This document shows positions 34,462-48,065 of a stretch of 64,000 nt of DNA, in pieces (position 1 is the stretch's first letter; each line of letters begins with the position of its first letter). The stretch is from Vicugna vicugna (Eukaryota): NCBI GenBank assembly GCA_013265495.1, contig MU058636.1, forward strand, positions 62,001-126,000. Direction: 5' to 3'. The translations under genes and the position numbers were made by a program. The notes beneath the pieces are model-generated. The model did not search any database, was not told the DNA's origin, and saw only the letters and a list, made by a program, of their open reading frames with translations.

Positions 34462-35804
34462 AGCACACACACACACCTGTACCATTTGACCCAGTGCTTT
34501 CAGAGTCCAAGGAAATAATCCAAACACAAAGTTGTGCAAGGTCTCATTTAAATGATACCTCCACTTAATGGAACACTAGGCAACAATCAAAAGGCCATTG
34601 TGGACACAAACCTGATATCAGTTTAGGGACCCAAGTGGCCCTCTCTTGCCATCTCAGATATGGGATTAAGGTGCCCTGAGGCTCCATCCCACACTTTCTG
34701 AAAACACGATGCTTTCTCACCAGTGGCATAGATGGCCGAGACCTTCCATCCTCCCAAGTGCTTCTTTCTGTCTATGCCTCTGTCCAGAGCTGCCTAAATT
34801 CAGCTTCCACTGCCCCCAGGCATTTCATGGTCTGGGTGACTTTACTATCATTGTGGGGATGTGCAAACGGCTCGGATGACACATCTGGGTACCACCCGAA
34901 TCTCAACTCCCTGGGGCAGTGACAGACTAGTCCCCCTGCTTCTCCAGAGCTTCCCCTCCCTCAAAAAGGGCCAGTTTTCCCCTAAAAGGAATTCTTGGAT
35001 CAGTTGCTAATAATATACATTTCCTTCTCACGTTATTGTATGAGGAATTTCTTGTGACATGGGAAAAAGCTTATGATAACATGAGCTAAGCAGGAAAAAA
35101 GCAAGATACAATCTCAAAATGATACCCAGAATAGTCTCAGCTATGCAAATGGACAGGCAGCAAGGAGGGAGTTCAACCAGGAGCAGTGGTCATCTCCGGC
35201 CAGGGACCCTGGGTGATCTGTGTTTAAAAGTCTAGAAGTCAGGAAAAGCCCGTGTGGGGCAGGAAAATGCAGGTCTCCTTTCCACCCCGGGTGCAGACCG
35301 ACTCCAGAGTGATGCTCCCGCCCTCCTGGATTTGCGCTGATAACCACCAACCTTCCTGTGAAAGCTGGATGGTTCCAACGTTTCCAAAGGCAGATCTAGT
35401 TATCTGACTTCTCCTCATCCTCTTGCCAGGCTGCTTCCTTGCTACCCAACGCCTCTTGGATGCGGTTCCCGCCCTGCCGGTGGACCCAGGAGCCTGTCGC
35501 CCCGAAGGTGCACCTGCAGGTTGCAAGGCGTGCGGCGCATCCTCGCTCCCTGCGCACTTGCGCCTCCAGATGCAGTTCTCATGCCCACGGGTCCCCTTCC
35601 TTCCTCCGCCCGAGAGAGTCCACCAGGGTAGCTCTGGTCTTACTACCTCTGCTAGACATGCAGCTTCCGATGCACCCGCAGCCATCCCATCGCCGGGATG
35701 CAGACCCGGCCTGGTGCGGCTGGCTGGCCTGTTCCCAGAGGAAACACGAGGATCCACCAGGACAGGGAAGGGCCGCTAATATTTCAGTCTGAAGCGGTCT
35801 CCCT

Positions 35805-35860
35805 GAGTGTCCACGGAAAGGCCATGGGCGCGTGCTCTACCACGGAGCTATACACGCACC
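35805..35860 (-). mobile_element. Degraded vic-1-like SINE head fragment
   Basis: gcgtgctctaccacggagctatac is the reverse complement of gtatagctccgtggtagagcacgc. Confidence 0.5.
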
Positions 35861-37281
35861 TTGCGGCCTCGGATGTCTGGGAGCAGCTGCTCACAGCCCC
35901 TCTGAGGACAGAGCTCGGAGGTGGCAGTGCTGGAATGAGCACCTCTCCTCCCTCCCTCCCTCCAACAGGAAGCACGGGAGAAAATCCTCCTCCTCCTCCA
36001 CGACGTGCACGGAACTTCTCGTGGGCGGTGTGTGCAGACACCGTACTTCCGTTTCTTTCGGTCATTACGAGGTGCTGGTTCTGCCCCCATGAAGATGATC
36101 TGTTCTCTCCCTCGAGCTGAACCAGGCTACCCTGTTGGGAGTAGGAGGGGACCCTGGTAGACCCCCAGCCAGGGCAGGACCCAGAAGGGCAGGGATCTCC
36201 ATCTCCTTTCTGGTTCTTCCTATTTGAACTACTGGAGCTGGGAACCAGGGAGCAGCAGCCGCGTGGTTTGGGGAACATCTGGGCTTTCCCCGTCAGCTGC
36301 CCCAAAGCAGACTCCATTCTGATGAACAAGTGGTGTTCTCGGTGTGCAAACCAAGACAATTCTTGTCTTCCCTTCCAGCTGGATCGGGACTCTAGGCCCT
36401 TCCTCTATAGAAAGTCTGGAAGGTCCTAAATAATGGGGTGATGAGAACAAATGTATAGTTTAAGGACATCATCTAGCTGGCATGTGGAGGTTAGATCTGG
36501 GGGACACACTGGACGTGGGGAGACCAACAGGAGGCGGTTTCAGTAATCCAGGGAGGGCTGGGGGGGTCCGGCCCGGGCGGTGGCACCCCAGCCGGTGAGC
36601 GGTGCTGGCGTCTGCTTATAGACTGAGTCTTCAGAGGTCCCCGTGGGAGAGGATCCCCCCGAAGGTAAACATTAAACGTTGTGAAGCTGGATGTGACACC
36701 TGTGACAGCCACTTCTGTAGCTACCTCTACATCTCATTTCTCCTGCTTCATCGGGGATTTATGGGCTCCATGAAGGAAAATAAGGCACAAAGCCTGTCCT
36801 CAAGCTGCCTGTAAGCCTAGAAGGGAAAACGCTGCCTCTGGCCACACATGGCAAACACGACTTGAGAAGAAGGACTCAGAGGGAGAGATCAGTCGCAGGT
36901 TGGGCAGCGAAGGGACGAGAGACTAGGCTGGGGAGGCCCTGTGGGTATCGAGCCGCAGTCGTCTTCTGGGTGAATGTGAAAAGCAAGTGTTAGAGCCAGT
37001 AGGTAGCTGGATGTGAGTGGAGAAGAGGGACATGGGCAAATGGCAGAAAACCACACATCTTGTGAACAACGGGGGTCCTTGGACAGACCAAGAAAAACAG
37101 GAATCTCCGGACTGATAAGAAACCAGACAGTATGGGTTGACAAGTGTCCTGGAGGCAAAGAGAGGTGGGACAAGGCAGGAATCTTCACCATCCAAATGTG
37201 ACCTTTTGCTCATGATTCCCCATCCGAATGTAACTTTTGGTTCATCGTGACCTCATCTGACTTTCCAATCAAGACTAAATA

Positions 37282-37455
37282 TGGAGGGGGAGGGTATAGC
37301 TCCGTGGTAGAGCACGTGCTTAGCATACTTGAGGTTCTAGGTTCAATCCCCAGTACCTCCTTCAAAAATAAATAAACCTAATTACCTCCCCCCATCAAGA
37401 TAAAATAAAATTAAATGATACAATAGTAAATATGTAAACAAAATATTTTTTTAAA
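37282..37455 (+). mobile_element. vic-1-like SINE with 11-bp TSD
   Basis: ggggagggtatagctccgtggtagagcacgtgcttagcat...ggttcaatccccagtacctcc, then aaataaacctaattacctcccccc. TSD aagactaaata at 37271-37281 and 37456-37466. Confidence 0.9.
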
Positions 37456-38054
37456 AAGACTAAATAAGGGCAAAAAAATCCCCCCTCGCCCCCCTAGGAA
37501 GGTGGAGCTGGGATGAAGATCAGGAAAGATGGCCCAAGCCCCTCCCCACCAATGAGTATTCTGCCCGTTCAGTTTTACACCCACGTAACCAGCTTGCCCA
37601 AGGAACTCGGGGCAGCTACCCACCTGGGTCGGCCTGCTCTTCCCTTGAGAGCGTCCTCTCTATCCCTCAAGACATCCTTGTTCCGCTTTCTTGAACTCCT
37701 TGCCTCATTTCTGAACTCTTTCCAGAACGAGACGAGAACTTTCTCGCCGGCAACACTAGGGGAAGGGAGGAGAGGGCGCTAAGCGGTGCTGAGGCTCAGT
37801 GACCAGCAGACTTGGCAGCTGCTCTTTGTTTCTGTGGCTTGCAGGTGCAGACGGCACCGGAGGATGCGGGACCTGCAGGCGCCCGGAGACACACAGCCGG
37901 ATGTCTCTTTGCGATCTCTCCCCAGGGAGAAGCATCAGAGCCACAGGAGGGCATGAAGTTGCCAAAAGGGCGTCATTAAGAAGCAGAGAGGAGAGGGGGT
38001 GGAGACCTGCGGCTAAGGAGCTAGAAGGAGAGAGGCTCCACGCAGAAATCATCC

Positions 38055-38323
38055 GGACGCAGCAAACAAACTCAGTTACCGGGGCGAGGGGGAGGGAGGG
38101 ATAAACTGGGAGTCCCAGACTTGCAGATACTAACAACTGCATATAGAACAGATAAACAGCAAGGGCCTACTGTAGCACAGGGAGCTCTATCCAATATCTT
38201 GCAGTAATTTATAATGAAAAAGAATAAGAAAAGGAATATGCGTATGTGTGCAGACGGCTGAACACTATGCTGTACACCAGAAATGGACACACTGTAAACT
38301 GACGGTACTTCAGGTGAAAAAAA
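38055..38323 (+). mobile_element. L1 3'-end fragment
   Basis: gggagggataaactgggag...ctactgtagcacaggga...ctgtacaccagaaat...ctgtaaactgac, followed by an A tail. Confidence 0.85.
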
Positions 38324-40150
38324 AGCTGTCCAGAGAGCCAGTTGATATCTATCTTTGTTGCCCTTGAACTCGATGCCCCCTGCCCCGCAGCTGGCTCCTG
38401 GCGTCCCAGATCACCCCCTGGCTCGCTTGGCTGGTATCCTGTCTCTGCTTCATTGGCACCGTGATGCCCAAAGAACAGAACGTACGGTTTCTGAGGAAGA
38501 GCTTTGACAAAATTTCGGTCGTCGACTTTGGTCCCCGAGCCTGCTCATCCTCGAGTTTGTCTTAATCAGACGAGAGCTCTGCCCTCGTCGGCTTCCAGAC
38601 TCTGCGGCCGGCGTCTCTGCCCTCCCGGCCGCCTCAGGGCACTCAGCACCGCTCCAGTGCGAGGCCAGTGCGCCTGCTGGTACTTTTAGTTGGCGCTGGC
38701 GCTTCTCCTCTCATGCAGACCGTGTCTAGGGATGATATTGTGCTATCTTTATGTATATCAAGATAAACAAAAAGGGGCTCACCCGGGAAACAATCCAGCC
38801 ACGCATGCATGGTGTGCAGAGCACGCCTAGTAGAGCCCTCAGCATCCGTCCGGAGTGCAAGGGCGCAGAAGGACCTGGGAGAAGGAGAGAGAAGCGGCCA
38901 CAGCCCGGACGGTTAGTACACGCCTGGCTCGGATCGTAAAGCAGGGCTGGCTTCCTGGTGCGGGTGGTGGCCCAGGGTCCATGCTGGGCTAGTGGCCAGC
39001 TGTCGCCTCTGGAGGCTGCTAATACCTTTTGATCAGGGAGCCCTGCAGTTGTGTTTTGTCCTGGGCCCCCGATTGCGCCACCAGCCCCGCTGCAGAGCTA
39101 AATACCCCAGTGATAATGGAAGAGTCAGTGGGGTCTCTCCTGGAGAGGGTGGGAAGTGGCTGTTTGGGTCAGAGCGAGCCAGGACAGCAGGATGTGGCCC
39201 CTGGGCTGCCCGCACTGTCGTCCACTAGGATCAGCTCTGTGAGGGCCAGGGGCTGGCCAGACGCCGGGGGGCTCTACCTTTGAGGCCGGCGCCTGGGTGA
39301 CAGCTGCTCACCCTGCTCGGCTGAAGAACTGAACTGCAGAAATCTAACTTGGAGCTCCCCAATGAAGCTAATGAAGTCAGGGCATTTTAATCTGTTCTTG
39401 GTCCAATCCTGTGTCTAATCCCGGAATAGATAATTGTGTCTTTGTGGCATATGTGTCCTTTTCCGTGATGGACGAGCCAGGCAACATCTTTGTATGATTT
39501 TTTTCCTGAGTCTTTAGGAAAGGAGCTGATTTTCTCCAGCCTTGCGTGTCTGAGAGGAAGTAAAAGTGCAGTGCCTTTAAAATAATTCAGTCATGCTCCT
39601 ATTTGACAACAGTATTGACAACTATAAAGTCAGTAAGCTGTGCCCAGAGATTCCCTTAGTCCGGAAAGAACTTCTGTGATCCTTGGATTTTTCTTGTTTA
39701 AAGAGCACTTACGAACAATAAATGTTACAATCCACAGACGCCGCCTGGAACGGGCTGAGGCTGGAGGAACAGATACCGAGCCTCTCTGTCCTTCGGCCTC
39801 GTCTTCTGTAAACTAGGACAGTTTACTCGTTAACCTTTAAACGATATCCAGTTATTTCCCTGAGACACATACATCTTCATAATGCTGGGAAATCCTATAA
39901 ACTCCAGAGGCAGAAGGTTTCATCCGTCCGCCTTCCTGCCAATCAGGATTGTTCTTCCTGAAATATTTCCATTTTCTTTTCCAAGTAGCTGAGATGAAGT
40001 CATTCTTTCCCCCTTGGAGTTTACTGATTCACTTTCTGAATTTTTTCAGTATTAATCTAAACATCAGGCTGTTTTCAGGTGTCATCCATTTCTCTCTTTA
40101 GAGAGCTTTGTTTTCCACCGTAATTTCTAAACATTACTAGAAAATACAGA

Positions 40151-40240
40151 GGGGAAGGTACAGCTCAGAGGTAGCGCGCATGCTAGCATGCATGAGGTCC
40201 TGGGTTCCATCCTAGTATCTCCATTGGGAAAAAAAAAAAG
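40151..40240 (+). mobile_element. vic-1-like SINE
   Basis: ggggaaggtacagctcagaggtag...gaggtcctgggttccatcc, followed by poly(A). Confidence 0.8.
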
Positions 40241-41554
40241 ACTCACATCCTAGCACTGTGAGTCCCTGAGGAGTCCAAGGTGAACACAGGCAGACTTAGG
40301 GAGAGACCAGCTCAGAGGAAGCCCCGAGGCTGGAGTGAGCAGACGGGGATGAGGCCCGGGCTGCCTGCGGGTGGGGGCGCTCTGGGGTCCCCCTCTCCCC
40401 CACCCCCACCATCCCATAATTCTTCCCAGCGGCACTGGACTCTTTCAACAGCAGGGGCCACCACCCTGCTTGACCGCTACAAGGCGGCCCCTCTTCTGCT
40501 GATGGTGACCCTGCAGCATTGCTCTAAGAGTCCGGGACCCTCTCCCATGCTCTGTTGTCCCACGTCAGATAGTGGACAAAGCTCACCAGGGCAGACGTCC
40601 TGGGTGGAGCACACTTGCTCCCAGGACAGAGGCTGCCCTGCTGTCTCTCTCCAAAAAAGCCTTCGAGCATTTGGGTGGAAATCAGTACGGTGTTCAGAAC
40701 TGGAAGGTTTTCATGAAGCTTTGAGCAGGAATCCAGGGGAACGAGAAAGAACAGAGAAAGACAAATAGCTTTTCTTTCATTGCAGTATTTGTTGCTGAAC
40801 ATCCTTTGGGCGTGTACTCAGTTCCCATGACAACACCAATGGCAGAGCCAAAATGTGAAATCAGACCCATTGTCAACCACAGATGTGCAGCAGAGTCCAG
40901 GCGGGGCCCCAGAGGAGGGGGCGGCATCGGCTGAGCACAAAACAGCCGCTCACCCTGTGCTGCCGACCATGATCCCACGACAGCAAGGTCTGAAAACCCT
41001 CGAGAGGGAAGATTCTAGGGAGAGAAGTGGGGAACGCAGCTGAATTTGGGTAGATGAACTGGGTCTGATTTCAGAGATAGACAGAGTATTTCACTATTCC
41101 CAAATCATTTGCTGAGCCAAGAACATGTTCTTGCTGTCGGGCAGTGGACACAGAACAGGGTCCTCTGGGAGACAACAGATGCCCAAACCGTATTAATACT
41201 TAAGCTGATTAAAGATTTATAGTAGCTCAGTTTAAGTGTGTCCCTAGGCTAACATTTTTTAAAACTTCTACTTTAATTTTGAGGTTAAAATGAGGACAGT
41301 TGTGAAAACAAGCATGGAATTAATATCCTGTTATCTCTCAGTAGGAGTGTGTCATCAGTACCATTGCTTGCATTGAGGGCCCTTTGATGCAATAAAAATG
41401 GAGTGTTGGGCACTGCATTAATCCTGTGAAGGGTGAATCTCCTTGTACAATAAGCCCCCCCCCCGACTGAATATTTATGCCCTAGTTCGTTGTTTATATT
41501 CATGGCTGAGCTGCAAATTTCATGAAAATAGAGATCAAATATGTTTGCATCTCC

Positions 41555-41615
41555 AATCCCTACAGAATGCCCTAAAGCACATAGTAGGCACTCAATAAAT
41601 CTTTGTTGAATGTAC
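41555..41615 (+). mobile_element. L2 3'-end fragment
   Basis: gcacatagtaggcactcaataaat...ttgaatg. Confidence 0.65.
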
Positions 41616-42559
41616 ACACATGAGTGAATATAGTTCATACAAGGCAGGATCTCCACCTGGTAAAGGAAAAGAAGATCATTTTTAAAAATTTCATACCAGG
41701 CTGATTGAATTAATTGACACATAGCAGTATCTCACATGCATTCAGTTATTCAGTCATTCAGTCAGTAAACAGTTACTGAAGGCTTCTAAGAACAAGACTG
41801 CTGTAGGTGTGGAGGATGGAACAGCTACCAAGAGACAGAGTCCACCTGCCTTCCCTGTAGGGAGAGGGGCTCTGGGGCGGCCCTCGAAGATCAAGCGGGG
41901 CTGGAGGGGAAGAGGGAACTCCTGGGTTCTTGCCTTCCTCTCCCTTCCCCGTGACGGGCAATCTGAACCCATCTTTTCCCAGGATCCTGGTCTAGCAGTG
42001 CCTCGTCTGCCCTCCATCAGGCCCACATGGCCTCTGCCGTTGTCACCTGCATCTGGTGTGGAGCTGCCTCGGGTTGGGGGTCTGCGGGGAGGATACAGGA
42101 GAGAGAATAGTCATCCTGTTTCTCCCCAAAAGGGGTCTCTGTGGATCTGAGTGTCAGTAGGACCTCCTCCCCAGCTCTGGCTCCCAGCAGTGGAAGGGCC
42201 GGGGGCTGCCCCCAAACCAGTGCCCTTCCTGCCACCCGCAGAGCGTCAAACACCTCCAACCCTGGAGCCCAGTCTTCACACCACATTCTGCTCTCGTGGT
42301 CCCCCAGTGAAGCGCCAGCCCAGTGCTCTTCCGTGGGTGTCACCCTTCTCCTTCTAACCACCCCCATTTCCCTGTAGTCACCCTTCCTCTCCCCTCCGTC
42401 CATGGTCCTCCTCTCCCCTTCTCTGTCTCTCCTTCCTCTTCATATCTTTGAAAATCCTTCCTGATTCTAATTCACAAAAGAAAAAAAAACCACTGAGACA
42501 ATTTATACCAAAGCAAATAAAGCCCAATTTTTTTAAAAAAGATAGAACCATAAGAGCAC

Positions 42560-45165
42560 TGGGGGAAAAACATGTGATTTTAATTAAAAATGTACCAATA
42601 CCCATGTATGATAACAACTCTCAGAAGACTAGGAATAGAGGAGAATTTCCTCCACTTGATAAAGAACACTTAAAAAATGCCTAGAGCTCACATCATCCTT
42701 AAGGGGAGAAACTGGAGGCTTTCCTGCTAAGATCAGAAGCAAGGCGGGGATGTCCCCTTCCCCTGCTTCTTCTCAACATTGCACTGCAAGTCCTCCTTAG
42801 TACAATAGGGCAAGTGAAAGAAATAAAATTTACATTGATCAGGAAGGAAGAAATTAAACTGTCTGTTCACAGATGACATGACTCTCTATGTAGAAAGTCT
42901 GAAGGAACTGACCCTCAAACTCCTGGAACAAATAAGCAGTTATAGCAAGGCTGCAAGACACAAGGTTAACATACAAAAATCAACAATTTCCTGTATATCA
43001 GCAAAGAACAAGTTGAATTTGAAATTAAAAAACCAATGCCATTTACACAAGAAAACCCCAAAATGACATACTTCAGATATAAACCTAATAAAATACATAT
43101 AAGAACTATGAGGGAAAATATCACACTCTGATGAAAGAATCCAAGAACTAAATCGATGGAGAGATGTTCCACGTTCATGGATGGGAAGACACAATACTGC
43201 CATGAGGCCAGTTCTTCCCAACCTGATCTACAGACTCAGTGCCATCTCGGTCAAGGTCCTGGCAACTCACCGTGTGGGTACCAACAAACTGATTCGTTTA
43301 TATAAATGATATATAAATGTTTATATAAAACGATAAAAGACCCAGAACAGCCAAGACAACATTACAGGAGAAGAACAGTCAGAGGACTGCCACTCTCGAA
43401 CTTTGAGACTTACTGTAAAACTGCAGTAATCAAGACGGGGGAAAAATAAAACAGATCAGTAGAAGAGAACAGAGAACCTAGAAACAGACCCAGCTGAGCT
43501 TTGACGGAGGAGCAAAGGCACAATGATGGAGCAAAGGTAACCTCTTCAACGGTGGTTCTGGGGAAACTGGGCGTTCCCATGCAAAGAGAGGGAGAGAGAG
43601 AGAATCTAGACACAGATCTTACACCGCACAAAAAGTAACTCAAAACGGGTCATAAACCTAAATGTAAAACACAGAACTAAAACTCCTAGAAGACGACGTT
43701 CAGGTGACCTTGGGTATGATAACGCTTTTTAGATCAAACACCAAAGATGCAGTCTGTGAAGTAAATTATTGATAAACTGGGCTTGACTGGAAGTAAAAAC
43801 TTGCGCTCTCCAAAGGATAATGTCAAGAGGATGAAGAGACAAGCCACAGACTGAGAGAAAATATTTGCAAGAGACAAACCTGGTTAAGAACTGTTACACA
43901 ATGTAAGCAAAGAACCCTTGAAGCAACAAGGAAACGAACAAGGTGATTAATAAATGGGCAAAAGACCTGAAAAGACGCCTCACCGAAGACGTACTGATGG
44001 AAAGAAAATAAGCAGAGGAGCAGCTGTGCCACATCGCACCAGGAGGGAACCGCAAACCATAGCGTTAGCGAGAGACGCTGCCCACCTTCAGAACGCCCCA
44101 CGTCCAGCAGCGACAGTGCCGAACGCTAAGGGTGTGGAGCAGCGGGAACGCTCACTCACTGCTGGTGGGAAAGCACCTGGTGCAGCCACTTTGGAAGACA
44201 GTTGAGCGGTTTCGTACAAAACCGAACCTACTCTTACTATGATCCAGCCACCACACTCCTTGGTATTTACCAAAATGAATTGAAAATTTATACCCACACA
44301 AAAACCAGCTTGCATGTTTATAGCAGACTTTGTCAGCTATTACTCACTTTTAAAAAAAGGATCGAAGTACAGTCAGTTACAATGTGTCAGTTTCTGGTGC
44401 ACAGCACAGTGTCCCAGTCATGCATATACATACATATATTCGTTTTCATATTCTTTTTCGTTAAAGGTTATTACAAGATATTGAATATAATTCCCTATGC
44501 TATACAGAAGAAATTTGTTTTTTAATCTATTTTTATATTTAGCAGCTTTATTCATAATTGCCAAAGCTTGGAAGCAACCAAGACATCCTTCAGTAGGTGG
44601 ATGGATAAATAAACTGTGGTACATTTACACGATGGAATATTAGTAGTAGTAACAAGAAATGAGCTATCAGCCATGAGAAAACACGGAGGAAACTTAAATG
44701 CGCATGACTATATGAAAGGAGACAATCTGAAAAGCCTACTTCCTATATGAGTCTAACAGTATGACACTATGAAAAACGCGGAGCTATGGAGACAGTGAGC
44801 AGTTCAGTGGTTGTCTGGGCGTGAACGGGGAGGAAGGAGTTCACAGCGGGGCACAGAGAATTTTCCAGGTAGTGAACCTAGTCTATGCAGCACCGTAATG
44901 ATGGATACATATCATTATGCATTTGTCCAAATCCACAGAATTTATAGCACCAAGAGTGAACCCTAATGTAAACACTGGTCTTTAGATGATAATGGGTCAA
45001 TGCAGGGTCATCGACTGTAACAAATGCATCATTCCGGGGCAGGATTTTGACAGTGAGGCGGCAATGTGTGTGTCGGGGCTGTGTGCGTGTACGGGAATCT
45101 CTGTATTTTCCACTCAATTTTGCTGTGAACCTAAAAGCCATTGTAAAAATTAGTCTATTTAAAAA
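42560..45165 (+). mobile_element. Old L1 (L1MB/MC-like) ORF2 remnant and 3' UTR, interrupted by a minus-strand younger L1 3' end at ~44348-44535
   Basis: Decayed RT-region sequence (ctgttcacagatgacatg, ttcatggatgggaagac, actgtaaaactgcagtaatcaagac, ggtgcagccactttggaagacagtt) with multiple stops and frameshifts. Confidence 0.88.
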
Positions 45166-45459
45166 GATATGCAGTGAGAAAAGGAAATGATTAAAAGATT
45201 TGACTATACAAAAACTAATTTCTGTTCAGTAAATATTACTATAAATACGAAATGAACATTATAACCCTTTAAAATAAAATTATAACATTGTAAACATTTA
45301 AACATTAAGTCATTTAAAAGCTAAAACAGGCTAAAATGGTAATATTGTAACATTTCTTTTCACGGGTCCAAACGTAATCTTCCCCAACAAAAGTACCCCA
45401 CCCCCACAACACCTGCTGGAACACAAACCTCCTTCCCCTTGCTGCACTATCCAGACTTC

Positions 45460-45615
45460 TAATGGATCGGATGATCCTCCACCCCACATTGGGGAGGGTG
45501 ACCTTTGTTACCAATCGAATGCTACTCTCTTCCAGAAACACGCTACAGACACACTCAGGAATAATACTTCAGCAGTTCTCCGGGCATCCCTTAAAGTTAA
45601 CCAACAAAATTATAT
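45460..45615 (-). mobile_element. MLT2 (ERVL) LTR fragment
   Basis: cccacattgggagggtgac...ccagaaacacgctacagacacactcaggaataat...gggcatcc matches the reverse of an MLT2 5' end. Confidence 0.55.
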
Positions 45616-45786
45616 TTATTTTTTCACCACTAATTTCCAGGCACTGTTCTGCAACAAGGCTGCACGTGAGTGAGTGTCTGCCGCAATAGTGCCGAGTAAC
45701 AAACCGCCCCCACATCTCAACAGATAGCAACCAAACACATCTCCGTCTCACGGTCAAATGCCCTCCCTTGTGGCCTTGCTCTTTTT

Positions 45787-46230
45787 TCTTTTTTTTAATT
45801 TTTTATTGGCGTGCAGTTGGCTTACAATGTTGGTTGCAGGAGGAGAGCAAAGTGATTCAGATATACACATACACACGTGTATTTCTTCTTTTCAGATCCG
45901 TTTTCATTATATGTTATTACAAGAAATTGAATATAGTTCCCTGTGCTCTACAATAGGTCCTTGTTGTTTATTTTATATATAATAATGTATGTCTGTTAAT
46001 CCCCAATCCCTAATTTATCCCTCCCTGCCCTTTCCCTTTTGGTAATTTACCATAGTTTGTTTTCTATGCCTGTGAGTCTGTTTTTGGTTTGTAAGCAGGA
46101 TTTGTATCATTTTTTTGGACTCCATATATAAGTGATATCATATGTTATTTGCAGCAGCATGGATGGACCTAGAGATGATCATATTGAGTGAAGTAAGTCA
46201 GACAGAGAAGGACAATTATCATATGATATT
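45787..46230 (-). mobile_element. 5'-inverted (twin-primed) truncated L1 with TSD
   Basis: The minus-strand 3' end (45787-46144) is followed by a plus-strand upstream L1 segment (46145-46230). TSD gcc(t/c)tgctcttttt at 45773-45786 and 46231-46244. Confidence 0.85.
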
Positions 46231-46864
46231 GCCCTGCTCTTTTTTATGTTGTCTCCCCTCTGGTGCTCATAACTCCATCGCGTACCTGGTGGGCTCCCTT
46301 AGTAAAGGCGGGGAATGGGGTTGGGCTGCCACCTGAAGCCCTGTGTCCCAGCGGGGCTGCAGGTCCTTCAGGGGCCTGTGGAGTAAGCAGCATCATGTGA
46401 AGCAGTGGGTGAAATCAACCAGCTCTCAAAAGGAGCCAGACGTGATGTTTCTTCCTCTTCTCCCACTGCCCTGTGCAGCCGCATGTCCGTTATTCCAAAT
46501 GGCTGGTTGCCGACCCACGAATTCTCAGGGCGATTGTTGCATCTCCGGGTTTGTGCGTGATCAGTGCAGTCCCTATTAATCACAGCCCAGACGCTGGAGT
46601 GCCTGCCATGAGATCTCATGGGGACCTTCCATCCTGCAGTGTGGGTCTGGGCATCCTCGGGGTTCACATCCACCTCTGGTCACCTGTGAGACTGCTCCTG
46701 CCTGCCCATCTGAACCCTCCATCCTCTGGGTGCCTTTCCCGTCTCCCAGAAGGGCAAGTCTCTCCTCTGGGTTTCATAGAAAATGATGATCATGACACCT
46801 ACCAGTAAGTAAACAATTGTTAGAACAAGAATGACACATGGACCCTTACTCCATCCTCATCAGG

Positions 46865-46950
46865 AGGTAGGCACTGCTGTTCCCATTTTACAGATGAGAA
46901 ACCTGAGGCTAGAAATGTTCATTCAATTGTCCAGAACCAGGCATGAGTTA
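46865..46950. mobile_element. MIR core fragment
   Basis: cccattttacagatgagaaacctgaggct. Confidence 0.75.
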
Positions 46951-47714
46951 GGGCAGCTTCCGCGACTCTCATCAGCCTAAGAGAACAGAAGTCTTCCCAT
47001 CAAACTTGGCATGGTCTCATTTCTTTAAAATTAAAAATGTCCAGTTTCATGTGATGCTCGAGGCTCCAAATTCATTTAAAGTTAAGATTTGGTTTCTAAG
47101 TATCATTTCCCACTGAAAGGAACCAGGACTCCTTGAAGAAATTACTTTTGTCAGATTAGAGGCAGGAAATGTACAAGATGAGCCTGACGTCTTGAGCCTG
47201 AATATAAGAAAGTGTCCAAGATACGAGAGTATTTTTAAAACAACACAGGACTCAGCCCAGAGGCTCACTGGCTCCCCAAAGATTGCGTAATCTGAGCACC
47301 AAAGGATGACAGCAACCAAATATACAAAAACTCATGAGCTCATAATAATACAAAACCAACACAATCAAACACACAAAGAACAAAAATCCCGAACCTATTG
47401 ACCGTCTTTGGAGGTGGTGAGGACACCTACACGTTACTCTGAAGGGCGAACAAACAGAGGAAGACTCCAGCGTCTTGCCTGCCTCTCCTGTATGACTGCA
47501 CTTCAGAGAAACCCAGCAGCGGATGGGGGAAATTCTTGATAGAAGCACCCGGCTAATTAATACAGAAGTCATTACATTCTTTGAAAATCACAGTTTTGCA
47601 ACCCTCTAACAGACCAGTGGAGCTTGGGAGCAATCAGCCATGGCTGTGAAAGCCACCGGCAGCAGCATAAAGACCCACGAGGCGTGTCCCACGAATGGAA
47701 AGCAACGGGGGTCC

Positions 47715-48065
47715 CGTTTGGATCCTGATTTGAATAAATGAACTGAAAAATTCATTTTTGAGTCAAGGGGAAAATTGAACATGGGCTGCCTATTAAATAT
47801 TAGAAACTATGGGAATACTACTAAGCTTGCTTGGGTGTGATAATAGCATTGTGGGTTGTTTTTTTTTATGTCTTTATGTATTAGAGACACATACTGAAGT
47901 AGTTACCTGTATTGTATTACCATGTCTGGGATTTGCTTTAAAACCCTCCAGCAGAAATCGTATTGGGGAAAAACAGGTAAAACCTAAAAGGCAGAATATT
48001 GATAACTGTTGAAATTAGGGGATGAGGAAATGGGGGTTCATTATGCTTTCTACTTTTAAGGATAT
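47715..48065 (+). mobile_element. Old L1 (L1MC/ME-like) 3' UTR fragment
   Basis: ggatcctg...catttttgag...ggggaaaattgaacatggg...gtgtgataatagcattgtgg...ctgggatttgctttaaaa. Confidence 0.6.

Noticed and set aside
37286..37360. tRNA-Ala(AGC)-like sequences with A/B boxes (also at 8790, 54898, 58529 and elsewhere)
   Set aside because: They are SINE heads: many diverged copies with A-rich tails, TSDs and imperfect stems. They are not tRNA genes.
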